IMG/VR virus record: IMGVR_UViG_3300044213_000170
Location: 64,001-128,000 of that record
Source: a virus
Length of the DNA: 64,000 bases
Direction: 5' to 3' (one strand)
Below the pieces are notes generated by a model, which saw nothing but the letters and a program-made list of their open reading frames with translations, ran no database searches and had not been told where the DNA came from. The translations under genes and the position numbers were made by a program. The number at the start of each line of letters is the position of its first letter. The first letter of the stretch is position 1. This document shows positions 25,726-36,433 of this stretch, in pieces.

Positions 25726-26795
25726 TGTTCTTCCTCTTGGGGTTCTTCGGCAGTCACGGTCGATTGTCGATGGGGATTTTTGCTGAAATCTTCCATAACC
25801 TGATCCAATGTGCCATCTTCATTTCGTTCCCATGCTTTTCGGAATTGTTTGATAATGGTACCGTCTGCTAATGTATATTTAAGACTATTGCCTTCTTTCT
25901 GCAATAAACCTTTAGATTCGATCATATCAACTAATCCGCTGTAGGGGTTCATTCCGGTTTCATAAGGGATTTTAATTTGGACTGATTCAAAAGGTTTCGC
26001 ATATCGTGTTTTCATAATCTTACAAGCGGCACGAATACCTTTAACTTCGCTGACTTTGTTGCCATCTTCATCCTCTTTGAGTTTAAGTTTACGCATTGCA
26101 ACAACGATAGAGCTTGCATAGATAAAGCCCTGACCACCTGAAATCTTGTCATCAGGATCAAACATATCCTGTGATGCGTAGGTGTGGTTAGTTGCAACGA
26201 GTCCGATATTCAAATCACCGATCATATTCACACAGTTACGAACAAGAGCAGTCAGTGCCTTTGGCTTACGTCCCATGTCACCCTTCATATCACCGGCTTC
26301 GAACTGATTAACGTCTGTTGGTGTCAACATCATACCCAATGAGTCAAGTACAAACATAACCTTTGGGCGACTATCTTCTGGCAGTGCCTTATACTCTTTA
26401 ACAAAGTCACTGATCAACTTAGCAACGTCGTCAATCATCGCTACGTTAAGTTTAAGAAGTTTATCTTCGGAAGTATCTACTCCCAAAGCATGTAACCAGG
26501 CCTCGTCTAATGCATTTTCTGTATCGACGAGAATAACATAAATTCCCTGTTCTTGTGCATTCTTGACTAAGTTTCCACTACAGATAAATGATTTACCTGC
26601 GCCCGATTCACCCGCAAATACTGTTACTTTACCTAACGGTACTCCTTTATTAAAATCGCCGCTGATAAGATAGTTTAGTGCATAATTATTTGTAGAGATC
26701 CAAGTGTCTGGATCGCGGAATCCGATACTGATTCCATCGATGCTTTTTGTAATATTTTTTCTAAATTTACTTACATCAAAAGGTTTAGTTGCCAT
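25722..26795 (-). CDS. uvsX: RecA-like recombinase UvsX
   Basis: GESGAGKS Walker A, DTE, VLDSLG, NHTY, SGG. Confidence 0.93.
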   Translation of the reverse strand: MATKPFDVSKFRKNITKSIDGISIGFRDPDTWISTNNYALNYLISGDFNKGVPLGKVTVFAGESGAGKSFICSGNLVKNAQEQGIYVILVDTENALDEAWLHALGVDTSEDKLLKLNVAMIDDVAKLISDFVKEYKALPEDSRPKVMFVLDSLGMMLTPTDVNQFEAGDMKGDMGRKPKALTALVRNCVNMIGDLNIGLVATNHTYASQDMFDPDDKISGGQGFIYASSIVVAMRKLKLKEDEDGNKVSEVKGIRAACKIMKTRYAKPFESVQIKIPYETGMNPYSGLVDMIESKGLLQKEGNSLKYTLADGTIIKQFRKAWERNEDGTLDQVMEDFSKNPHRQSTVTAEEPQEEEQ

Positions 26796-26990
26796 GATTA
26801 GTTTCCTTAGTTAATTTTTAATATGTAGAGACAAATAGTTGTCTGTATTCCTATATAGCATTTTACGATATTCAAACAATTTAGTCGATAATCCCCGGAA
26901 TTTTCGAAAACTAATTGCAATTTCATGTTACATTTACAATAGAAATGTAGGGGACCGTCTCCCCTACAAGACACAAGCTAACAATAATAA

Positions 26991-27998
26991 TTATTGTTTC
27001 TGACGGTTACGAATTTGTGCTAAGATGTCCATGGCATTTTTACTGCCGCTGGCTGCAGGGGCAGTTACTGCCGGTGCAGAATCTTCTGTATCAAACGGAG
27101 GATTTTCTTCTACTGCTGCTGTAGGTAGTGGAGGTGTGGATTTAGTTACTACAGGAGTCGATGCTGGAGCCGCACCTGCATCACCACGCATATTATTCAA
27201 CTCGGTATTCATCATACCTGAAGGTTTGTAGTATGCACCCCAACGTTCCATATCGTATGGCTCACCATCTACAGATGCTTCGAACATCTCTTTGATGATC
27301 TTCAATTCGACTTCACTTGGTTTCTTAGGCAAAAAGTCTGCCAAGTTATACAAACCAAATCGCTCAATGGCTTGAAGTTCATCAGTAGTCAATGCATTTT
27401 CGCGACGTGCCCAAGTACTAGTACTATAGTCGGCGTATCCACCTTTCGAAGTTTTCTTGATGTTGAAATCAAGTCCTGCTTCGTAATCAGTTGGCATATT
27501 TTCTAACTCTGGATCCATCAATGCATTTTTAACCAAGTTAAAAATCTGTGGACTAATAACAAAACGACGAATTGGATTCTCTGGGGTTTTGTCGTCACTT
27601 AGCGGGTTCTCACGAACGAAGCCTTGGAACAAGTAGCTTTTCTTTTTCCAATATTTACGACCCATTTCCTCGAGTGCAGGATCTTTAAACCAAGTACGCA
27701 CTTCTGCCAGAACGGGACAAGATTCTTGCCACATTTCAACGCATGGTACTTGTACAAAAGTTGGTTTACTATCCGGTTGACCTTTGATGCCAGCGAATGG
27801 CAATTTGATCATTAATCGCTCGACCCAGAAAAAACTATTTTTATCATTTGCGTCAGGGAGGAAACGTACACGAGCGGTAGTTCCTTCTGCGATATTCCAA
27901 TGGGCGTAAATGCCATTGTCACCGCCTTGAGATCCTTGTGGACCTTTGTTTTCTTGTGCTGCCAATTTGGCGCGAATTTCTGCTAAAGATGTGGCCAT
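26991..27998 (-). CDS. gp32: Single-stranded DNA-binding protein, gp32-like
   Basis: VRFLP, CPV, GLDFNIKK...GYADYSTS; flexible tail. Confidence 0.85.
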   Translation of the reverse strand: MATSLAEIRAKLAAQENKGPQGSQGGDNGIYAHWNIAEGTTARVRFLPDANDKNSFFWVERLMIKLPFAGIKGQPDSKPTFVQVPCVEMWQESCPVLAEVRTWFKDPALEEMGRKYWKKKSYLFQGFVRENPLSDDKTPENPIRRFVISPQIFNLVKNALMDPELENMPTDYEAGLDFNIKKTSKGGYADYSTSTWARRENALTTDELQAIERFGLYNLADFLPKKPSEVELKIIKEMFEASVDGEPYDMERWGAYYKPSGMMNTELNNMRGDAGAAPASTPVVTKSTPPLPTAAVEENPPFDTEDSAPAVTAPAASGSKNAMDILAQIRNRQKQ

Positions 27999-28153
27999 AA
28001 TATTTCTCCTTAAAAAATGCCATAATGTTTTGTGCCTAGATATAAACTTGCACCGTGCAAGTATATAACAATAATATTTAGCCTGTCAAGACAAAAAGTA
28101 AATTTTTCTTCCGGCACAGATTTAGTATAGCTGTGCTTTCGGTTAAAATCAAA

Positions 28154-29536
28154 TTATTTGGTTAAACCTGCCAAACGTTTAAGTATGCTGAATGATTCTT
28201 CGCTTTCGTGCACTGCTGCACTCATTCTGCTCAAATCCCTATCGTTGGTGCTGGCGCCGTAATTGCTTCTGGGATCCTGGACTGTCATTTTAGGAATTTC
28301 CATTTGAGCAGATAATATTACATTTTCTGCACGATCCACTTCTTCTTTACTCTCGAAATAATATACACCATCTTCAACTCGATATTCGAATCCCCATTCA
28401 TCCAATAGTTCATTTAATTTTTCATCAACGGTATCATCTGTTTCAAATTCAGGATGTTGTGTTGTATAGGGTTCAGGATTGTCTATTTTACTCAATGGGC
28501 TACTATTTTCTTCGAGGCTGTTGGCCCAAGCTTCGAATTCTTCGCCTACTTTGTCGCTATGTGATTTGTATGCGCGATGCACGATAGGCAATGCATCCAA
28601 TAACCGATCATCAAATACACGTTTGACAAATCGTTCTTTTAATGCATCCATATCAAATTCTTCTTCATCTAATACTTCAGGGGTCCACAATGCACGATAT
28701 TGTTCATATCCTCGTTGACCTCTGACTGTAAATAAATCTCTATGTAGTTTACCATAATGATCTATTGCAGCTTCAACCATCACTTGAGTTTCTACATCGT
28801 CAAATTTGCGACCTCGCATATTGCGTACAAAATGCTTTAGCGAATTCATTTCACTAATCAATTTGCTAATATGTTTGCCGAACTCGTCATGAATGGCGCC
28901 ACCGTTTTTAACGTGACGGGCATATGCGCGGGCCCCATTGACTGTGGTGCCTTCGGGTAGTCTAAAACGTTCTCCAAGGGAATTCTCGACGTAGAAACAT
29001 TCGATATTACGACTTCTTGCGCCGGGCTTTGTTTCGTCCACAATGGGTTTGCTATGTCTTGCTATGATTCGAACGTTTTCTAATTTTTGATAACTGCTGC
29101 GACTAGTACCATAAAATTTGTTTTCATTTAAGTTTACATCGTCTGAAGAGACAACCTCTGCATCTTTATTGGCGTGCTTTAAGTCACGCAAATTTAGCCC
29201 GCTTTTTGCAATATCTCTGATATCAAAACTATCAAAACTGTTTTGCATCGAGAAACGGCGTAGACCACGTAAAAACTGGTACCAATTGTTTTTAACTTCT
29301 TCGGGCATTTCTGCGTCGATTTCTTTGTCAAAATAAACTTTTAAAGTTTGATTGTCGACCATGCTAATGGTTATGTTTCCGTAATTTTTCCCGTTATCCA
29401 CATAGTCGAAGTTAAAGAATCTTGCCTTTGTAGGATCTACAGTACTTTTGGCATTTTCGTCGCCGATGTTGATATTCGAAAATCTATTGCGAATTTTATC
29501 AAATAAGTTTTCGGCCGTTTTTTCAATTGCTATCAT
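28154..29536 (-). CDS. Hypothetical, probably virion/head-associated protein
   Basis: 460 aa, TATAAATA upstream, C-terminal LKRLAGL. Confidence 0.7.
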   Translation of the reverse strand: MIAIEKTAENLFDKIRNRFSNINIGDENAKSTVDPTKARFFNFDYVDNGKNYGNITISMVDNQTLKVYFDKEIDAEMPEEVKNNWYQFLRGLRRFSMQNSFDSFDIRDIAKSGLNLRDLKHANKDAEVVSSDDVNLNENKFYGTSRSSYQKLENVRIIARHSKPIVDETKPGARSRNIECFYVENSLGERFRLPEGTTVNGARAYARHVKNGGAIHDEFGKHISKLISEMNSLKHFVRNMRGRKFDDVETQVMVEAAIDHYGKLHRDLFTVRGQRGYEQYRALWTPEVLDEEEFDMDALKERFVKRVFDDRLLDALPIVHRAYKSHSDKVGEEFEAWANSLEENSSPLSKIDNPEPYTTQHPEFETDDTVDEKLNELLDEWGFEYRVEDGVYYFESKEEVDRAENVILSAQMEIPKMTVQDPRSNYGASTNDRDLSRMSAAVHESEESFSILKRLAGLTK

Positions 29537-29578
29537 AGTATAGTATTTATAAATTTATGCAAATCCATATGCTGCAAA

Positions 29579-31141
29579 TTAAAGCATAATAAATGGCATA
29601 GGGGTTAACAATTCTGATTCGTCTTTTAACTTTTCATCTACATTAGGATCAAAATCACGAATTACGCCGGCCATTCTGACTGCTAATAGCATACTCATGA
29701 CTAGGTCGTCTGTTTCACCGATCTTTGCTGCAAAACTGCTGCCTGCTGCAACAAACGTTTTTAACTCGCTGATCAGTGGTTTGCTGGCTAAATGTAATTT
29801 TTTAGTTTCTATTAGATTCTTAAGTTTGCTGCACGCACTGATTTTTGTTTTATGCGTAGTATTAAATCCTTTTCGATATCTGCGTGTTGCACCAGGTCTC
29901 CCCGGTTCGCTTAAAAAGATACCTTTAATGTTTTCTTCTCCGTATTCGTCAATGGCTATTAAAGCTGCTTCGCCCAATGTATTATTCTCTACACTATAAT
30001 ATACATCCGTTTCTGACCCAGTTTCATCTGAAATATATTTCACAATCTCTGCAAGTATTTTTATTTGTTGTTGTACAGGAGTCTTATTATGTTGCCATTC
30101 TCCTATTTGCAACATTGATGGCATTTCTAATATTTGTATGGCCGACGGATCTCCCCCTGTACCTAAACTCGGGTCAAGTGCTACACAATATAAATGATTT
30201 TTAGATGGTTTTTTATACCAACGCACTTGTCCTTGTTTTAACACTGGATCTATACCGGCCATTTCTGTTAAGAATAAAGGATTGATCAACGTTTCATCAT
30301 AAATGATGAACTCACATTCAATCTCTCGACGGAATCGTTCTTCTCCTAATTGAGATTTCATGCTCGCAGCCCACGCAGTGTCCCTGTCAGGATGTTCTTG
30401 CCATTTACTTCTGTATGCTTTAAATCCATTGACTCCCACTTCAGTTTCATTGCCAAACTCATCTTGCGTTTTATTTGCCTGTCTCCATATTTGTGCAAAT
30501 TGATCTTCGTCGCTGTTAGGAGTAGAAGTAATGATACATTTACCGCCTGTTGCCAATGTAGGGCTAATAGAAGTCCAAAATTCAGATGCTATTGTTGGTC
30601 GCACGAATGCAAACTCGTCACAGTATAATAGTGATATCGACATACCACGACCTGTGTTTTCTGTTGTTGTAGCACTTACTATACGTGACCCGTTGTCGAA
30701 ATCTACACTGCCTTTATTATAACTAGTAACACCTGCTCTTATAAAGTCAGGCACTGCTTCATATGCATATCGAATGCGTTGCATAATTTCTTGCGAACCT
30801 GTATATTTGTGTGCAGCAACCAAAATTGTACTGTCCGCCACAAACATTGCATACCATAACAAATACCCCGCGGCGGTAGTAGATTTACCCGTTTGGCGCG
30901 GCATTAAACTAATAGAATATCTATTTTTATGATATGTTTCGATTAGTCTGGTTTGATACGCATACGGCACATATTTCATCCGGCCACGAGTCGGGTGCTG
31001 TATGTAAAAATAATTATTTAGGAAATAATCGGGCCCAGTGTCAGGATCTGCACATTTTGCAAATTCAATTACCTGCGCTTCGGTAAAACTTTCAATTTGA
31101 TTCGGTTTTTTGATTAGGACCGATTCGAGTGGTTTTGCCAT
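29579..31141 (-). CDS. gp17: Terminase large subunit (likely start MAKPLE at 31141)
   Basis: YQ motif, PRQTGKST, LLYCDE, TSTPN, DPSLG, ENN, DDLVM. Confidence 0.95.
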   Translation of the reverse strand: MAKPLESVLIKKPNQIESFTEAQVIEFAKCADPDTGPDYFLNNYFYIQHPTRGRMKYVPYAYQTRLIETYHKNRYSISLMPRQTGKSTTAAGYLLWYAMFVADSTILVAAHKYTGSQEIMQRIRYAYEAVPDFIRAGVTSYNKGSVDFDNGSRIVSATTTENTGRGMSISLLYCDEFAFVRPTIASEFWTSISPTLATGGKCIITSTPNSDEDQFAQIWRQANKTQDEFGNETEVGVNGFKAYRSKWQEHPDRDTAWAASMKSQLGEERFRREIECEFIIYDETLINPLFLTEMAGIDPVLKQGQVRWYKKPSKNHLYCVALDPSLGTGGDPSAIQILEMPSMLQIGEWQHNKTPVQQQIKILAEIVKYISDETGSETDVYYSVENNTLGEAALIAIDEYGEENIKGIFLSEPGRPGATRRYRKGFNTTHKTKISACSKLKNLIETKKLHLASKPLISELKTFVAAGSSFAAKIGETDDLVMSMLLAVRMAGVIRDFDPNVDEKLKDESELLTPMPFIML

Positions 31142-31206
31142 TGTTTTAAATTCCAGTTTCGTGTATAATAAATATTTATGTAAACCAATCACAGTGAGAT
31201 TTCAAA

Positions 31207-31731
31207 ATTTCTGACGTACTTTTATTAAATAGCGACTTTAATCCTATTAGCATTCTGCCATTAAGTGTTATTAGTTGGCAGCACGCTATCAAATTGCATT
31301 TCTTGGATCGTATTACCATCTTAGAGGAATACGACAATTGGGAAATACGTAGTGAATATTTAACTATGAAAGTCCCAGCAGTGGCGGTAACCAAGGAATA
31401 CTTTAAATATAAAAAATCTGCTAAGTTCAGTAGAGCCAATCTTTTCTTACGAGATCTATACCAATGTCAGTATTGCGGAGATACTTTTGATCCAAAAGAT
31501 CTAACGCTAGACCACGTAAAGCCCAGAAGTCGGGGAGGTCTAACTAATTGGGAAAATTCTGTTACTGCTTGTAAATCTTGTAATTGGAAAAAAGGCGATA
31601 AAGATATAAAGCCATTGCGAGCACCATTCAAGCCCGAACTATTTCATTTAATTAACAAATGGAAACAACGGCCAATTACTGTGCGGCATCCAAGTTGGTA
31701 TGCTTATTTGGGGATAGAGCCGTTTAAATAG
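31207..31731 (+). CDS. HNH endonuclease, probably initiated at ATT
   Basis: Frame open from 31198: (I)SDVLLLNSDFNPIS...RDLYQCQYCG...DHVKP..GG..WENSVTAC..CN. Confidence 0.8.
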   Translation: MSDVLLLNSDFNPISILPLSVISWQHAIKLHFLDRITILEEYDNWEIRSEYLTMKVPAVAVTKEYFKYKKSAKFSRANLFLRDLYQCQYCGDTFDPKDLTLDHVKPRSRGGLTNWENSVTACKSCNWKKGDKDIKPLRAPFKPELFHLINKWKQRPITVRHPSWYAYLGIEPFK

Positions 31732-31933
31732 GCTTTTCCCCGGTAAGATATGGTCTTGCAAACCAGAGTTTAAACCAGGCCTCTGTGCCTGGTTTAATTT
31801 TATGCTCTCGTTGTAATTTGGCTTTTTCTGTTCCAGTATAACTTATGTTATCCGGTTGGCCGATTTTATATTCTTGAATATTTGGGCGATTAGTAATGCC
31901 GGCTAGCAATTTAAGTTGTTGTAAATCATCCAT
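31724..31933 (-). CDS. Small hypothetical protein
   Basis: LKLLAGI, IKPGTEAWFKLWF. Confidence 0.75.
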   Translation of the reverse strand: MDDLQQLKLLAGITNRPNIQEYKIGQPDNISYTGTEKAKLQREHKIKPGTEAWFKLWFARPYLTGEKPI

Positions 31934-32319
31934 TATACACCGTATTTGTTCTTTTTCTTTTTAGATACAGGACTGACTTTATTTACATTGCTTAATTCTT
32001 CGCTGCGATTAGAACTTAATCGCTTGACTTTGCCTGCGCCTACCATTTTAGCTGCCGCATTAACAATTTCTAATTCTTCGTCGGTATACGCACTCAATAA
32101 CGGATCTCCCGCGATCGCTCCTGTTGCAGCTGTAGGGAAATCCGGTGCACCGGCCATGGCCAATCCAAAACGATATCCGGCATATGGATTGCCATTTGAT
32201 TTATTTTGACTAATTCCAGGGACGCTCATTGCCCCTTTGATGGCCGCCACTTGTTGACTATCTAACTTTTCAAAATTAGCAGGAATATCTCCTTCAGTTA
32301 AAATTTCCGAAATCTTCAT
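31933..32319 (-). CDS. Hypothetical protein (possible internal head protein)
   Basis: N-terminus MKISEILTE. Confidence 0.7.
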   Translation of the reverse strand: MKISEILTEGDIPANFEKLDSQQVAAIKGAMSVPGISQNKSNGNPYAGYRFGLAMAGAPDFPTAATGAIAGDPLLSAYTDEELEIVNAAAKMVGAGKVKRLSSNRSEELSNVNKVSPVSKKKKNKYGV

Positions 32320-32747
32320 TTTTTCTTTCCTTCCGCCAGACCCTGCTGTGCTTGTTCAGCGGATCGAATTCGTTGCAATAAATGTTGCATTGGTGATTCT
32401 AAACTACGAGCACGACGTTCTGCATCAGTTAAATTCTGATCACGGTCTGCGTATTGCCAATTGCTACCACCTAACGATTCATATTCTTTTTTCATATTAT
32501 CGTATTCGGCTTTTAGTTTTGGTAATGATGCAATTAAATTCGAAATTTCTTTTTCTCTAGCTAACGCACGACCTCGGTCATCCCTTGCAGCGACACGTTC
32601 TAATCCACGACTTCGCTTATCAAATTTTGCTTTTGCTGCAGCACGTTGTTCTGCGCTAGGTGCAAATGCAGCGCCCATGCCTGCTTGTGCTTGTTGCATG
32701 CTTGCTTTTTTTCGATAATTGCCCAGGGTGACTTCGTTTATTTTCAT
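32316..32747 (-). CDS. Hypothetical protein (possible internal head protein)
   Basis: N-terminus MKINEV. Confidence 0.7.
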   Translation of the reverse strand: MKINEVTLGNYRKKASMQQAQAGMGAAFAPSAEQRAAAKAKFDKRSRGLERVAARDDRGRALAREKEISNLIASLPKLKAEYDNMKKEYESLGGSNWQYADRDQNLTDAERRARSLESPMQHLLQRIRSAEQAQQGLAEGKKK

Positions 32748-34471
32748 TTTTGCACCTTTATACTCTGATATTCTTTATATACATTTTCACGCATTGCTAA
32801 CGGATTATCGCTAAATCTTGCAGCGCCGTGTTTATGCATAGTTTTCTCTTGCCCGGCAACTTCTCCGTTACCGCCTTTTAATTGAACATCTGTATTAAAT
32901 ACTTCTTCCTCGGGGGTATTTGCTAATTCCTCTTCATTTGGTTCATCAACAGTATCATTAGCTTCAATTACCGGGTACTCTTTTCCATCGACTTCAAATG
33001 AATCTTTGTGCTGTGCTTTAGCTTTAGCCAGTTTACCGCTGAATTCGTTGCCCTCTTCCATATCTTCTTCGTCGGCAACCTCAACTTCAACAGGTTGATA
33101 TACTTGTTGTGGCTGACTATTACCCAATCCTGCCAATTTCAATAACTGTGCTAACTTAACCGCTTCATCACCTTCTGCATTAACGCTAACATTTTGGTGG
33201 CCGTCATTGTCCATATTCATGCTAATACTAGTATGTCCTTCTTCGTGGCCGCCCTCACAACCACATTCCATCATACCACATTCTTGACATACCTCTGACT
33301 CTTCTTCATTGCCAGTTTCTTCTACCCCGGCTAGTTTTAACATTTCGTCTAGTTCGGTATCATGTTTTGGTTTTTTTCCGGTCTGAGGAAGATTCAATTT
33401 CTTTTGCATTTGTTTGATCATCTCTTCGTCGCTGGGATGACCTAACGTATCTAATACTTTCTTACCTGTTTTTTTTGCTAGGTCGGCAACTGTACCTGCA
33501 ATACCTTCGTCGGCTAAACTACGCTCATATTGATCCGTATAGTTTTCAAATGCACTTTTCTTAGGACGACCACGGCCGCGCTTAACTACCGTTACGTTTT
33601 CGCTGTCATCAGTTTCACCTGTCTTAGGATCATACTTACGTGTATAAATCGTGCCACCGGTTGTTGGGTCTGCTTTCTTATCAAACTTTCCAGTGCCTGC
33701 ATTTGTACGGGATTTGACTGATTTCATCATGTCTTCCCAACCTTCAGAAATTTGTTCTGTAGTCATACCGCTATCGACTAAAGTTTTAACAGCAGCAATG
33801 GCTTCTTCTACTTTACCTGCATTGTGTGCCTTCCAAGCGGTGGCATAAGCAATAGATTTTTCTTTTGGTGTTAGTTTACCGTCTTTAGCATATGACTTCT
33901 TAATATGTTTAACCATGCGCTCTGCTTTTGCTCCTGGTGGTGCAACTTCTGCCATCTCACCTTCTACCTTTGGCAAATTCTTTAACATAAATGATTTAGC
34001 TTGACGCTGTTTTACGTTTTTCATTTGACGCATAAATTCTTGTTCAGGCTCATCACGATTATCTAGATCATCAAAATCATAATCAGCAGCACGATTCATA
34101 GCATCATAGGCTTTATTAATAGAACGATTTGCTAGACGATCATAGTTTTTAGCACGGATCTTGTCAACAATACCTTCTTCGACGCCTTGCTCTTCGCCTA
34201 GTTTTTTGCCTGCGGCGGCGGCGTGCTGGAATTTTTCTTTGCCGTATTTTTTACGTCCAATACTTGCTGCAACTGCTTCGGGATCTTTTGCCCCGCCTGC
34301 TTTAGCTGCGGCAGCGACTTTCTTAAAGCCCATATATTTTTCATTTAACTGACCCTCCACGGTTTCCATATTTTCCGCCAATTTAGATTTGGCTTTTGGT
34401 GTTTCTGTTTTAGGCTGTGCGGCTTGTTCGACTGCGTGTAGCTTATTCAAAATATCATACATATTATTCAT
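32744..34471 (-). CDS. Hypothetical charged modular protein (scaffold/internal-protein-like)
   Basis: 575 aa, repeated (V/L)xE junctions, LKLAG twice, AT-hook-like KRGRGRPKK. Confidence 0.7.
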   Translation of the reverse strand: MNNMYDILNKLHAVEQAAQPKTETPKAKSKLAENMETVEGQLNEKYMGFKKVAAAAKAGGAKDPEAVAASIGRKKYGKEKFQHAAAAGKKLGEEQGVEEGIVDKIRAKNYDRLANRSINKAYDAMNRAADYDFDDLDNRDEPEQEFMRQMKNVKQRQAKSFMLKNLPKVEGEMAEVAPPGAKAERMVKHIKKSYAKDGKLTPKEKSIAYATAWKAHNAGKVEEAIAAVKTLVDSGMTTEQISEGWEDMMKSVKSRTNAGTGKFDKKADPTTGGTIYTRKYDPKTGETDDSENVTVVKRGRGRPKKSAFENYTDQYERSLADEGIAGTVADLAKKTGKKVLDTLGHPSDEEMIKQMQKKLNLPQTGKKPKHDTELDEMLKLAGVEETGNEEESEVCQECGMMECGCEGGHEEGHTSISMNMDNDGHQNVSVNAEGDEAVKLAQLLKLAGLGNSQPQQVYQPVEVEVADEEDMEEGNEFSGKLAKAKAQHKDSFEVDGKEYPVIEANDTVDEPNEEELANTPEEEVFNTDVQLKGGNGEVAGQEKTMHKHGAARFSDNPLAMRENVYKEYQSIKVQK

Positions 34472-34484
34472 GATTTAAATCCTA

Positions 34485-35075
34485 TTATTTGACCGGTGAA
34501 GGTATCTTGTTTTGTTTACTACCAACAGGGCTTAATTTTCCTTGTGGCATATCTGATGTTGTTTTTGCAGCCTGTGTTTTACCGCCTGCTGCTGTTGGCA
34601 TATGGTATGCACGAGCATTCATTAATTCTTTCATTAAGTTTTCTACTCGTTCCTCGCCCACTAATCCTTTGGAATCTTCTGCTTTTAATTCTGGTGTGTC
34701 TAATACAACATCACCATCCGGATTGCTAACTTCTTTGCCATCCATGATGGCTTCGATTGGGTGATCTGCAGGAGTGACGCGAATAGCAGATGGAGCGCAA
34801 CAGCCACATTCTGCAATTGCATTACGAATTTGATCATCGTTTGCTGGATAACAAACAGTAATGTCGAACATATTAATTTCGACTGGCCCCATATTCGGAA
34901 ACATTGGGCTTTCTTGAATTGGTAAACGTTTTGTATCAGTGATGGTTTCTACTTTATACACTCCCAATGATTGTTTAATCTTGGATTTCATTTCGTTAGT
35001 CATTTCACAGGCCAAACGAACTTTAAAAGTATAAGTTTTTTTGCTTTCCATCAAGTAAGATTTAAAAGACTTCAT
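34485..35075 (-). CDS. Hypothetical protein
   Basis: N-terminus MKSFKSYLME. Confidence 0.75.
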   Translation of the reverse strand: MKSFKSYLMESKKTYTFKVRLACEMTNEMKSKIKQSLGVYKVETITDTKRLPIQESPMFPNMGPVEINMFDITVCYPANDDQIRNAIAECGCCAPSAIRVTPADHPIEAIMDGKEVSNPDGDVVLDTPELKAEDSKGLVGEERVENLMKELMNARAYHMPTAAGGKTQAAKTTSDMPQGKLSPVGSKQNKIPSPVK

Positions 35076-35111
35076 AGTGATTCCTATTATAAGATATTTA
35101 TTCGAATTTGA

Positions 35112-35603
35112 TTATTTTTTCTGTTGTTTCAGAATTTCCGTCAACAGAGTATTACGATCTATTACAGTTCCCTCGCCTTCAATGGGGTTTGGAAGTGCAG
35201 TGCCTGATTGTTTTGCCTGCTGATCTAATCGCATCTTTTTCAACTGTAAATCGACCATTTTTAGCTTTTTATCTAGTTTAGCTTGTTTAGCAGTGATAGC
35301 GTGACCTAATAACGTACCAGCAGTTTGAAATACCACTCCGCTAAATCGAGCCTCCATGGCCATACCCAAATCCATTAAATCATTGAATTTATCTTTGGCT
35401 AATTGTGCTAGCTCGTCCATTTCAGCATCGCTGGATTCCAATCCCCTTACACCCGGCAATGCTTGATCAATCTTGTCTATAGTATCGTCGATGTCTTTAA
35501 AAACTTCTTGTTGTTCTGCCAATTGAACACTGGCTTGCTCGGGGGTTAGATCATCCGGCAGATTTTCAGGTAAATTAAATAGTTCGGTAAGTTTTTTAGT
35601 CAT
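35112..35603 (-). CDS. Probable terminase small subunit
   Basis: Helical 163 aa with C-terminal DRNTLL; context. Confidence 0.55.
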   Translation of the reverse strand: MTKKLTELFNLPENLPDDLTPEQASVQLAEQQEVFKDIDDTIDKIDQALPGVRGLESSDAEMDELAQLAKDKFNDLMDLGMAMEARFSGVVFQTAGTLLGHAITAKQAKLDKKLKMVDLQLKKMRLDQQAKQSGTALPNPIEGEGTVIDRNTLLTEILKQQKK

Positions 35604-35617
35604 ACCAATATTTATAG

Positions 35618-36046
35618 TTATTTAGTGCCAGCAAATATTTGATTTTCGTTAATAACTCTAAACTTAAGTCCATTTTGTTGACAAAACGTAGCCGCTGCTT
35701 GCCATTTACAGTGGTTTAATACTACCGCAGCTTTGTCCCTTGCACTTTTGGCAGCTTCCATTGTGGTTTCCTTGCTGGGCTTAATTTCTACGATTTCACC
35801 GTGTGTCACGCCATCCTTATCTTGATATATTACCAAAAAATCCGGCACATAAATTGTCTTTTTTTTGGTAAAAGGATTTATATAGCTGATATGTATGGCT
35901 TCGCTGGCCCATTGTAATATACTAGGATTATCGTCCAGAAATCTCATCATAGTCAATTCCCAAGAACTTCTGTAATGAGGCTTTTTCTTCCCTATGTATT
36001 TTTCTGGTTTTTTTGGCTCGTAAAATCCGTTTGCAAACTTGGCCAT
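35618..36046 (-). CDS. gp4: Head completion nuclease, gp4-like
   Basis: PEKYIG, YRSSWE, WASE, YVPDF, EIKP, KWQAA. Confidence 0.88.
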   Translation of the reverse strand: MAKFANGFYEPKKPEKYIGKKKPHYRSSWELTMMRFLDDNPSILQWASEAIHISYINPFTKKKTIYVPDFLVIYQDKDGVTHGEIVEIKPSKETTMEAAKSARDKAAVVLNHCKWQAAATFCQQNGLKFRVINENQIFAGTK

Positions 36047-36050
36047 ACAA

Positions 36051-36428
36051 TTACCATATTACAGTTCTTGCTACGTGTCTGTTGGGCAGATGAGTATTTA
36101 CTATGCCTAATAAACTAGTGGTTACCCTAGAACTATTCAAGTATAATGCCAATGTGCTGTTTAGCATATTTGCAGGCAACAACTTGAACTGTTCTAGTAC
36201 CTTAAGCGGATCTTCTCTGTTTTTTTGAGCAGTATTAATTACTGTTTGTGCTAATAATTGTGCACTTTCCTTATTACCAGTAACTTGTTCAAACCAGCTT
36301 AAAATAGCATCATCGGTGTTAGACGATACTGTGTATGCCGGAGTATAATAATTTGAAAAAAACTCAGTAGTAGAGTTTTGTGCATTAGTATTTAAATTAC
36401 TAGGTTGTGCTGGGTTATATGTTGTCAT
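36051..36428 (-). CDS. Hypothetical protein (likely start at 36428)
   Basis: ORF in the structural operon. Confidence 0.7.
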   Translation of the reverse strand: MTTYNPAQPSNLNTNAQNSTTEFFSNYYTPAYTVSSNTDDAILSWFEQVTGNKESAQLLAQTVINTAQKNREDPLKVLEQFKLLPANMLNSTLALYLNSSRVTTSLLGIVNTHLPNRHVARTVIW

Positions 36429-36433
36429 AAAAT

